Source of the DNA: Fonticula alba ATCC 38817
Lineage: Eukaryota > Protista > Nucleariida
Length of the DNA stretch: 64,000 nucleotides
Direction: 5' to 3' (one strand)
Assembly (NCBI GenBank): GCA_000388065.2
Contig: KB932208.1
Part shown: positions 10,826 to 21,600 of the stretch, piece by piece
Numbering within the stretch: the stretch's first letter is position 1
How the letters are laid out: each line of letters begins with the position of its first letter
Program-made: the position numbers and the translations under genes
The notes under the pieces: model-generated
Told to the model about the DNA's origin: nothing
Seen by the model: only the letters and a program-made list of their open reading frames with translations
Databases searched by the model: none

Positions 10826-13800
10826 CAGCCGTGTGCTCTGGGGGGGGGCCGAGATGTGCCAGAGTTAGTGCCGTGGATCCCTTCACTCGCGGCAGGACCC
10901 AGCCAGCGCCAGGGGGCATCTCCCACGCCCATGCGCCCCGGTTCGCGCACAGACACACACACACATGCACCGGCACTTGTGTGCGCGGCTCGGCCAGTCT
11001 CCGGCTGGCGCTCTGATTAATCAGAGGCACGCCCGGGTTGCCCGGACGGATTTACTGGGAAGGGAACCCTAAAAATTTGGCGCACCCGTCCCCCCCCCCC
11101 CCCCCCCCCCGCGCCTGGACTCTGGCCGGGATGCATCCGGGAGGCCGCTGGCGAATATGGTCAGGCCATACGGAGTTCCCGACCGGGCAAACACTTTGGT
11201 GGATCGGGGGGAAAAAGGCACGGGACGGGGGAGGGGGCGGGCCCCGGGCGGGGGGGGGGGGGGGGCCTTTTGCGTGAAAGAAAGGGAGTGTTCCAAATTC
11301 GACGAACCCTCTCTCCGCTCGCTGGGCGGGCAGCGTGACCCCCCTCGTGCAAAAGGAGTTGCCGGGGCGCGGACCGCGCTGGCTGTTCTCCGGGACTGGG
11401 CGGCGGATGCCAGCCACTCAGCCGAGGCGGCCTCCCTTGTGAATGGACAAAAGGCGCTCAGACCGCGCCGGANNNNNNNNNNCCCCCCCCACTCCCCCTC
11501 CGCCTTGCTGGCACGCCACGCGCAGGACTTCATCTCTCGCCGCGTCGAGCTCTTCGACAAGTTCAAGGCCGCCCTGGACGCGGCGCCCGCCCGGGCCGAG
11601 AAGCCCATCACCGTCAAGGCCAACGTCAAGGGCACCCTGTCCGAGCACGAGGCCACCGCCTTCAAGACCACCGCCTTCGACATTGCCAAGCTGGTGCTCG
11701 GCTCGTCGGACCTGAAGAAGATCCTGGTGGCCAAGGTGAATGGCGAGCTGTGGGACCTCTCGCGCCCGCTGGAGGCCGACACCACCATCCAGTTCTACGA
11801 CTTCGACAGCGACGAGGGCAAGGAGGTCTTCTGGCACTCGTCGGCCCACGTCCTGGGGCAGGCTTGCGAGTTCCACTACTGCTGCAAGCTGTCGCACGGC
11901 CCGCCCACCGACGACGGGTTCTTCTACGACATGCGCATCCCGGAGTCGCGTGTGGTCACGGCCGAGGACTACCCCGGGCTGACGGCGCGCGCCACCAAGA
12001 TCAACAAGGAGGACCAGCGCTTCACCCGCCTAGAGCTCACCAAGGCCCAGCTGCTCGAGATGTTCGCCGACAATGACATGAAGCTGCACTTCATCAAGGA
12101 GAAGGTCCAGGACGATGAGACGTCCACGGTCTATCGCAATGGGGACTTCATCGACCTGTGCACCGGGCCGCACATTCCCAAGACCTCGCTCATCAAGGCC
12201 TTCGCCCTGGTGAAGCACTCGTCGGCCTACTGGCTGGGCAATGCCGCCAATGAGGCCCTCCAGCGCATCTACGGTGTGTCCTTCCCCTCGGCCAAGGAGA
12301 TGACCGAGTGGAACAAGATGCGCGAGGAGATGGCCAAGCGCGATCACCGCCTGCTCGGCAAGCAGCACCGGCTGTTCATGTTCAACGACCTGTCCCCGGG
12401 CAGCTGCTTCTTCCTGCCCCATGGCACCCGGATCTACAATCGCCTGGTGGAGTTCATCCGCGAGAAGTACTGGGAGAATGGCTTCGATGAGGTGGTCACC
12501 CCGAACATGTACAGCACCAAGCTTTGGGAGATTTCCGGGCATCTGGCCAACTACCGGGAGAACATGTTCCTTTTCGACATCGAGGAGCAGGAGTTCGCCA
12601 TGAAGCCCATGAACTGCCCCGGGCATTGCATGGTCTTCGACATGTTCCCGCGCACCCACCGCGAGCTGCCCATTCGCATGGCGGACTTCGGTGTCCTTCA
12701 CCGGAATGAGTTTTCCGGTGCCCTGTCCGGGCTGACTCGCGTGCGTCGCTTCCAGCAGGATGACGCCCACATCTTCGCCGCCCCGGATCAGGTGGCCTCC
12801 GAGATCAGCAAGGCCCTCGGGTTCCTGCACGATGTGTACAGCAAGCTCGGCCTCGAGCCCAGCCTGGTGCTGTCCACCCGGCCGGACAACTTCATCGGCG
12901 ACGAGAAGGTGTGGGATGCGGCCGAGGCCCAGCTGACCGAGTCCCTGAACTCCAGCAAGTTCAACTGGGAGCTGAACCCCGGCGATGGCGCGTTCTATGG
13001 CCCGAAGGTGCGTCCTTGCGCGGGTCTCTTCCCTTGCCCTTCCTCTTGGCTGGGATTCGCCACCGCCAATTGCCATGCCATGGGTGGGGGGGGGGGGCGC
13101 ACCGCCCCGATGCTGGCCATTGTGATTGACCTCCTTTTCCCCTCCCCCTGGCATATGCTGTGCGGACGCGCCTCTCTGCACCTGGGCAATTTTAATTACG
13201 AAAAAAAAAACACCGGCCCTTGTGCAGATCGATATCCGCGTGCGCGACTGCTGGAAGCGCTCGCACCAGTGTGCCACCATCCAGCTGGACTTCCAGCTGC
13301 CGATCCGCTTCAACCTGACCTTCCTCAAGTATGTTCCCGCTGCTCCCTCCCGCCGGTCCTTCAATGTGCATCATCCTCTCCCGCCCCGCCCCCCCCCCCC
13401 CTCCCCCATGTGGGTCCTCCCTCGATCGCCCCATCGACCTGCTAACACGCACACGCGCTCGCCACTCTTTTTGGGGCCCTGCGGGATGGGGTGCGAAAAA
13501 AAAACCAACCAGGGAGGACGGCACCAGCGAGCGCCCGGTCATGATCCACCGCGCGGTGCTCGGCTCGGTCGAGCGCATGATTGCCATCCTGACGGAGCAC
13601 TTCGCCGCCAAGTGGCCCTTCTGGGTGTCCCCCCGGCAGATCTGCCTCATCCCCCTGACCAAGGCGCAGGATGCCGCTGTGGAGAACCTCCGCAAGCGCC
13701 TGCACGACAACCGCTTCTTTGTCGATGTCGATGACTCCGGTGACACCCTCAACCGCAAGATCCGCATGGCCACCCTGGACCATTACAACTTCACTGTCGG

Positions 13801-14254
13801 TGCGTGCTCCTGCTGCGGTGCTGCGCCCCGGCCTCCCGTCTGCCCTCGCGGCGGCGCGACCCTCCCCCCCCCCCCCAGGAGGGGGCGCCCCCGCCTGGCC
13901 ATTTGATCGCATCGTCACTGACACAAGCACGCCCCGCTGTGTGGCCCCACGCTCGCGCGCCCACCCGCAGTCATTGGCCGTGGCGAGGTCGACCCGGAGG
14001 ACAACACCCAGGTCAAGCGCGTCACCGTGCGCACTCGTGACTCCAACAACGGCCAGACCAGTGCCACCTTCGATGTGGACGATTTCATTGCCCACCTGCA
14101 CACCCTGAACAAGGAGAAGCCGGTGCTCGACCACCTGAATGGTCTGGTCGAGATCAAGCAGGCCAAGCCCGCCCCGAAGGCCGCCCCCGCCGCCGCCGCC
14201 GCCCCGGCTGCTGAGGCTGAGAAGCCCGCCGTTGAGCCCTCGGTCGAGGCCTAG
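10486..14254 (+). CDS. TARS: Threonyl-tRNA synthetase, cytosolic type (~724 aa); exons 10486-10506, 11526-13007, 13228-13328, 13513-13799, 13971-14254
   Basis: TGS domain, editing motifs HSSAHVLG and DLCTGPH, catalytic KPMNCPGHC, LHRNEFSGALSGLTRVRRFQQDDAH, GDGAFYGPK, QCATIQLDFQLP and MIHRAVLGSVERM. Exon phases sum to a multiple of 3. The first micro-exon (MSAEVVP) is inferred. Confidence 0.97.
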
Positions 14255-14776
14255 ACGCGTATCCTCCCTTGTTGCCGCCCGGGGGGCCCCCTCCCCCCCC
14301 CTCCCCCCCTCGGCGAGGGAGCATACATGGCACGCGGGTTGGGCGCGAGGGGGGGCCGCGGATCAGGCCACCTATGCGGCCTTTTGAATGGGCTTGTCCT
14401 CTCCCTCCCCCTCTTCTGTGGCCCTCCGGTGCCGTGTCCGCCCTCTCCTTGTGTGGCCCGGCCGACCAGCAGGGGGGGCGGAGGAAGACGGTGGGGCGCG
14501 TGCCATGAGCGCACCTGCTTTGAAGACAGAAGCAAGTCCCCCGGCCCCTCCCTCCCCATGTCCATGCTGTGTTCCCGGCGCCCTCCCCCAAATAAAGACG
14601 CCATCCTCCCCCCGGGAATAGAAAGACGCCGCGTTGCATGTTGGTCCCTCTTCCTTTTCGCACGTTCTCACGGGGAGAGGGTCCGAGGAGAAGGGGGAGG
14701 CCGATCTATTGGTGCCGCCTGCTTGCCCGGCGCGAGGGGAGGACAGGGCCCTGGCGAGGGCAAAAACACGGGCCGA

Positions 14777-15700
14777 CTACTTGAGATCCCGGTCCGTCAG
14801 TGACAGGACCAGCCGGTAGGCATCACTGGTGGAGAGGTAGTAGCGCGAGAGGAATTTGGTCCGCTGGAAGCCAAGCGAGGAATACAGTCGCAAGGCGGCC
14901 AGGTTGCTGGTCTCCGCCTCGAGGACCACTTCGTCACAGCCGCCCGGCGCAGCGCGCATGTTCTCCACCACGCGCGACACCAGCGACCGGCCTATTCCGA
15001 GGCCACGCGCCTCCGGGTCCACCACCAACATGGCGATATACCCGCGGCGGTGCTCGAGCTGCGGGGCCACAGGGAGGGCCAGGTCGGTGGTGGCCGGGCC
15101 GAAGGCCTCCGGCCCGGCGCCGGCCTGCAGCAGATTCATCAGGCCCCCGGCGCTTTCGGCCTCGGCGGAAGGGGACAGGCCCGGGTGCTCACGGCGCAGG
15201 CGCTTGTAGGCATCGATCTCGGCCGAAGTCATGTCACTGGGAAGCTTGTCATCGATGTTGGACACGACGACGCCCAGAAGCTTGGAGGACTGCGAGTCCC
15301 GGGCCTGGGGCGCGGGAGGCAAGCGAGGGACGGGAGAAGGGGGGAGGGGGGGGGGTCAGAAAAGGCATTTGGCTGCCAAGGAGGGGGCGAAGGAGAAGGT
15401 GCGCCCCTCTGAGGGGGAGAGAGAGAGAGAGAGAGAGCAGAGCATCGGCGTGCATGCATGCGTGCATGATGATGGGGGCATGGGGGGCATGCCTGGCCGT
15501 GTGAAGCCACCAGCGGCACGCACCAGGATGGTCAGGGTCGGCCATTTGGACACAAAGTGCCGGTAAGTATACACGTGGTAGGGCTCACTCAGGAAGCGGG
15601 CAATCATGTCCGAGATCTCGGGCAGGTCCTTCTCCGTGCCATCCAGACAGGAGTAGATGATATTACTCTCCTTATAGGGAGAGGGCTCGGCGGGGGACAT
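14777..15700 (-). CDS. NAA30: N-alpha-acetyltransferase 30 (NatC catalytic subunit, Mak3), ~234 aa; exons 15700-15524, 15304-14777
   Basis: LSEPYHVYTYRHFVSKWP, RRGYIAMLVVD..RGLGIG and VVLEAETSNLAALRLYSSLGFQRTKFLSRYY are NatC catalytic-subunit signatures. GTGCGT/CAG intron in phase 0. Confidence 0.92.
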
Positions 15701-16802
15701 GTTGGGGGGGAGGNNNNNNNNNNNNNNNNNNNNNNNNNNNNNNNNNNNNNNNNNNNNNNNNNNNNNNNNNNNNNNNNNNNNNNNNNNNNNNNNNNNNNNN
15801 NNNNGGAAAGGCCGTCCCGGGCTGTTGCGCCCCCCGCCGCCTGCTGCTCTCTCTTCCTGGCGGGACCAGTGGCAATAGGTGGGGCGTGCCCCCTGGAATG
15901 GCGGCCAGGCAAGCGTCCGGTGGTTCCTTTCGGGTGGGCGGCGTGTTCGTGGGCAGTTGCGCTTAGCTTGAAGAGAGCGCCGTGTATTTCTAAAAAACAG
16001 GGGAGGGGGGTGGGAGGAAAGCGCGGATGACGATTCGTTCTCGCCTGGGGGGGAGGTGTTGCACTTTGGAGCCGGCCTGCCGTGCCAGCACAAGCATGGG
16101 CGTGCAATTGAAGGAGGGGGAAGGGATCAGGGCAGGAGGGGGGGGGGATCGCCTATCACACAGCAGGTGCAGATGCTTTCTCGGAAGAGAGTAGGGGAGA
16201 GGGAGAGAGGGGGGGAGACACAGGGACAGACAGGCGGGTGGGCCCTTGCCAGGAACAAGCGTGGAGAGGACCACATGTGGACAAGCACGGAGTGGGAAGA
16301 GGCAGAACATGCAATGCATAACAGGATACGGGGGAGCGCATGCACCGGAGGAGGGAACTGGGAGGTGCGCGCGTCCCCCTTTTGTGCTATTTTCCCTCGG
16401 AGGGAGGAGGGGAAACCGGCTGGGAGGGAGGGGGGGGGGATAGTACTGAACAGGGGGGGGGGGAATCTCAAGGGCAGCCTCCAGCGGAGAGGAAGAGGAA
16501 AGAGGAGGGAGGAGGGAGGAGGGGGGGGTAGACGCTCATGGGGGGCGGGGAGCGGGGAGAAGAGGCTGCAGCCTTCTCGAGCGGCGGAAATCTGAAGGGT
16601 ATGTCGGGGAGAGGGACAGAGAGAGGGAGAGAGGGAGAGAAAGAGGGGGGGGGGATGGCAGGGTCGCAAGCCATGCGAACATGCCGGCGCGGAGACACGT
16701 CAACAACCAACACAGCGGACCGGACTGTGTGGATGTGTGCAGGGAGGGGCGCGGCGAGGCGGAGGGGCTCCATGAAATGAGCGCCCCCGCGTGTGCCCCC
16801 GC

Positions 16803-17068
16803 TCAGAGGAGCCCACACTCACGGAGATTGGCCTGAAGAATGATGTCCCCGATGGCCGCCATGACGAAGCGCATCTTGTCGGTGTCGGTGGCACACGTCA
16901 GATGGGTGTAGATCTGCTTGGTTTCGGCCGAACAATTGAGGCTGGTAAACTTCTGTATCAGGTATGTGGCAGCCTTGCGGACATCTTTGCCGCCTGCGAG
17001 CGGGAGGCGAGGAGGGAAAGGCAGGGAGGGGAGGGGGGGTGAGAAAAGCGACGACCAAAACCACGGAC

Positions 17069-17118
<50 letters not shown>

Positions 17119-18621
17119 AAGACAGGCGATGGCGGCCGGGCGGCCGGGCAGGAAACCATGTACCATCATAGTCCTCAAAGTAGTCCTTCAGTGGCCAGTG
17201 GGGGATTTTCTGGCTGAAGATGTCCATTTTGTTGAGGAAGAGGATGATCGAGGTGCGGACAAACCACTCGCTGTTGCATATCGAACTGAAGAGGGAGAGG
17301 GCCTCCTGCATGCGATTCTGCACGTGCCAGGGGGGCGCGCACGGGCGGCGATGCCGAGGGGCGGGGGGAGGAGGAAGAAGGGGAAGGGGTCAGCATCCCA
17401 CGGCCAACAGTGGAGGGAGGGAATGCATCGGCGCCGGGCGCCGGGCGCCGAGCGAGGGCAGGCCGGCAGGAGCGGACAGGCGCAGACGGGCCGCGCGCAT
17501 GTGGCAAGGCGCGCACGCACCACGGTCTCATCCTCGAGGAGGTTTTGGTTGTATGCCGAAATGGCCACAACAAAGATGATGGCGGTCACATTTTCGAAGC
17601 AGTAGATCCACTTCCGGCGCTCGGAGCGCTGGCCGCCCACATCGAACATGCGATATGTCAAGTCGCCGACCTTGAAGGCGGCCTCGGTGATGCCGGTGGT
17701 TTTGGCGCGGGTCCGGAGGACGTCCTGATCGTCAGGCAGGTAGCCGGGCATGGCGATGCGGCTGAGGCTCTCCAGGTAGTAGCTGGTCGAGTCGGCCAGG
17801 GGAAACTGGTGCGAGAGCGTGAGGCATTGCTTGATCCCGGGGTCTTGGTAGATGAGCGAGAGAGACTCATAGAGATCGGGCGGGAATTCGGCCCGCGTCA
17901 GCTCCGGCGGGTAGTTTTGGATGAACACCTTGTGCGGCTGTGTGCGTGGACATCATATTGGGGGGGGGGGGGGGGGGGGGGGTGTGCATGTGTGGAAGAC
18001 GGCGCAAAATGACCCGCCCGCACCCATGTGCGCGCACAGACGCAGGCNNNNNNNNNNNNNNNNNNNNNNNNNNNNNNNNNNNNNNNNNNNNNNNNNNNNN
18101 NNNNNNNNNNNNNNNNNNNNNNNNNNNNNNNNNNNNNNNNNNNNNNNNNNNNNNNNNNNNNNNNNNNNNNNNNNNNNNNNNNNNNNNNNNNNNNNNNNNN
18201 NNNNNNNNNNNNNNNNNNNNNNNNNNNNNNGGACGGGCAAAGGCGCGGGCCGCCATCGGAAGAGGGGGAGGGGGAAGGGCGAAAGGGGCACCGGGCGCAC
18301 CTCCAGGAAGGGGTCCCCCAGGGGGATGCCCAGGAGATCGAGCGCGTCGCACAGGGCCTTGGCGCTTTGGATGATGTTGCTGAAGACAATGCTCCGGTAG
18401 TTCTCCAGGTCTGGCCGGGAAAAGCCTTTGTCGTGAATGAGGCGCATTTGCTTGAGGATGGTGGACTTGCCGGATTCGCCGGATCCCAGAAGCAGGAGCT
18501 TGACCTCGGACCGACGGCGCTGGCGCTCGCTTGAAATGGACCGGTCGATGGCGATGCTCCGGCGGATGTGGCTCTGCTCTTCGGGCGACATGAAGCAGGA
18601 CCAGGAAGACATGCACCCGGT
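16803..18621 (-). CDS. Heterotrimeric G-protein alpha subunit; exons 18621-18301, 17937-17521, 17317-17164, 16993-16803; an extra 5' exon may lie at about 19069 and in the gap
   Basis: G1 [20 protein letters not shown]3 [13 protein letters not shown]4 FLNKMD and G5 TCATDT, with C-terminal LRECGLL. All introns are in phase. The start codon is uncertain. Confidence 0.96.
17071..17118. repeat. (GA)n microsatellite in a G-alpha intron; others at about 4087-4132, 15416-15437 and 45882-45920
   Basis: Direct read. Confidence 0.9.
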
Positions 18622-21600
18622 CTGGTAGGAGAAAGAGGAGGTCGTGTCGCGCAGCTCGGAGTCCTCGGTATTTGCCGAGGAGGAGGAAGAGGAAGACGCC
18701 GGGCGCTGGCGCCGGCGCCGGCGCCACCAAGGGCTCATGGGCGAGGGGGTCGAAGAAGCGAGGAAGGTCGCGANNNNNNNNNNNNNNNNNNNNNNNNNNN
18801 NNNNNNNNNNNNNNNNNNNNNNNNNNNNNNNNNNNNNNNNNNNNNNNNNNNNNNNNNNNNNNNNNNNNNNNNNNNNNNNNNNNNNNNNNNNNNNNNNNNN
18901 NNNNNNNNNNNNNNNNNNNNNNNNNNNNNNNNNNNNNNNNNNNNNNNNNNNNNNNNNNNNNNNNNNNNNNNNNNNNNNNNNNNNNNNNNNNNNNNNNNNN
19001 NNNNNNNNNNNNNNNNNNNNNNNNNNNNNNNNNNNNNNNNNNNNNNNNNNNNNNNNNNNNNNNACCCATGGATGGAGGACAGGGAGACGGGGGGGGGGCG
19101 GGGGGGGCGGAGGGAGGGAGTGGAGGCAAAGGGGGGCGGGGCAGGGGGCGAGGAGGGGGGAGTGCGTCTCGGAGTGGGGCTGGATGCGGTCCGGAGCGGG
19201 GATGCATCTTGGCCTCTCCTCAAGAGTGCCTTGCCGCGCCTCTAGACCCCCCGGCTGGGCGTCGGGGGGTGAGGGGGAGGAGGCAGGGGAGCCATCCAAC
19301 TGGCCGGCCGGCTGACTGGCCGGGGGAGAAGGGGCGGACGAGCGGCCGGCGGGGGACGAACTGCGCCTCAATCTGGGGGCCGGGGGGCGCCCCGCGGTTA
19401 GATGCGTCGGCCGACGGTGGGGCCGCAGTCCCATCGGAAAGTGACGAGACGGCTGGGGCGGGCCAGGCTGCGGCGAACCCCGGGCGCGGCCGGGCCGCCG
19501 GCGCCGTTGTCTGGGAAATGTCAATCGGCCGTGGGCGTGTGGGCGGGCACACGCCGCAGTTCGCGCGCGGGGGGGCGCCCGGCGCCAGGGGGGACGGGGC
19601 GCGCCGGAGGGCCAGCTAACCGGGGGCGGGGGGGGGGAGGGTCTCACTTGTCCCGGGGGAGCGGCGGGCCGGCGGGGCGCGCAACGTGACTCGGGTCGCC
19701 GCGAGGGCGAGGGCGGCCGCCGCGCCTCCGATCTCTGCCAGCGGGAGGGCCGGCCGGCTCGGGGGCACCAAGCGCCGGAAGGCAGGGGGGGGGGGGGCGG
19801 GGGGGCAGGGCGATCTGGCTGACATGCGTCCGCTGCGGCCCCTGGGCGTGGCACACGCCCGGCGGGCGAGGGCCGCACCGGCCGGACGTTGCTGGACGCA
19901 TGACTGGACGCAGGCCTCGCCGGCGGGGGGGGGGGCCCTCGCTGCCCAGCCACAGCATGCCATCCTCTCCGGTGCCCCCTCCTCCACAACCGGCCGTCCG
20001 CCGCCATCAACCCCGCGGCTCCTCGCCGACGAGGAAGCGAACAAGCCCTGGCTGCCGGCGTGGGCGTCTGGGGCCGGGCGAACGGCCGCGCGCGCCACCC
20101 CCCCTCGGGGGGGGGGGGCGGGGAGAAGAGAAAAGGGCCGCGGCCGGGCGCACCCCCGGCCGGGCGGCGGGCCACCAATCCGGCAGGTATGCTCGCACAC
20201 GCGCGCGTGCGAAAGTATGCACGGGTGTAAACGGCCCCCGCGTACGGGATACCCGGAAAGAGGGTCCGAAAATATGGTGCGCAAGGGCGCTGAAAAGGAT
20301 CGCACGCGCGCGGAAGCGTGTCAGCCCGACCTCCCCGAGCGGGATCCCGGTTGCCGAGGGCGGGCGGCCAACACCAGCAGGGGGAAAAAAAGAAGGGACC
20401 AGCACCGGCCAGCCGGCCGGGGGCGCGGGTCTGTCCGAAGGGTGGCCGGGGTTGGGGGCCGAGGACGACCCGCCGCCGGCGGCCGGGCGCCGCTCCCGAG
20501 GCGGCCCTCCTTCTCGGGGCCTGTGGCGGCGCCTGTGTCGCGGGTCCCGCCCGCGCCGCGCCCGCGTCCACACACACCCCCCCCCCCCGCCCCCCGCGGG
20601 TTGCTCGGCGCCGACGGAAGGAGAGGAACAAGCTGTGCTGGGCGCGCGGCCGGCCCCGGTGGGACCGTCGGAACGGGGCCGTTGTCTAGCGGGCCCGGGC
20701 CGGCCTCCCGGGTTGAGAGGCCGGCCCGGGCCGCGAGACCGCGCCGCAGCCAGCCCCATCGTGAGAGTGTCGGGCGCGGCGCGGGGTCACTGGGCCCCGG
20801 GGGCAGGGCCCGGCCTCGCCACAGAAGCGCACGCATGCCGGGGCTCCCACGGATCAGCGGAGGGCCAGAGCCTGCGCCCCTTGCCACCGCCGAGCTCCCG
20901 GTGTCCTCATGCGGCAGCGGGAAGCACGAGGGCGAATGCGGGCGGAAAATAAAATAAAGGGAGCCCTCGACGCGGGCGCCGGCGCCCGAGGCTGCCGGAC
21001 CGGGGGGGGGGGGGGGTGCGGAGAAGGGGGGACGCCGGGAGGCGTGCGAACGCGCGCCGGCGATGGTGGGGGCCCAGTGTGCCAATCCCCAGATGTTTCA
21101 CACTCCCCATGGAGCCAGTGTGCCCGGCTACTACCGGACACCATGTCAGCACCGGGGTGTTTGCCGGGCGCATGCGTGCGCCGGTGTGCACGCGGCCGCC
21201 TGCCTATGCATTCGGCCGGCCCCGGCAAACCGGGGTGGACCTAGCTCTGTGTCGCGTGAGGAGGGCGACCATGGCGGGGCGCGGGCGCGGGGGGCGGGGG
21301 GGGGGGGGGGGGGNNNNNNNNNNNNNNNNNNNNNNNNNNNNNNNNNNNNNNNNNNNNNNNNNNNNNNNNNNNNNNNNNNNNNNNNNNNNNNNNNNNNNNN
21401 NNNNNNNNNNNNNNNNNNNNNNNNNNNNNNNNNNNNNNNNNNNNNNNNNNNNNNNNNNNNNNNNNNNNNNNNNNNNNNNNNNNNNNNNNNNNNNNNNNNN
21501 NNNNNNNNNNNNNNNNNNNNNNNNNNNNNNNNNNNNNNNNNNNNNNNNNNNNNNNNNNNNNNNNNNNNNNNNNNNNNNNNNNNNNNNNNNNNNNNNNNNN

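Noticed and set aside
11011-11026. Perfect 16-bp palindrome CTCTGATTAATCAGAG in ThrRS intron 1
   Set aside because: About one such palindrome is expected by chance in 64 kb, and there is no supporting context.
11157-11525. N-terminal extension of the 762-aa ThrRS ORF in the track
   Set aside because: It crosses a placeholder gap and G-runs. A better-supported micro-exon at 10486 splices to a CAG acceptor at 11525.
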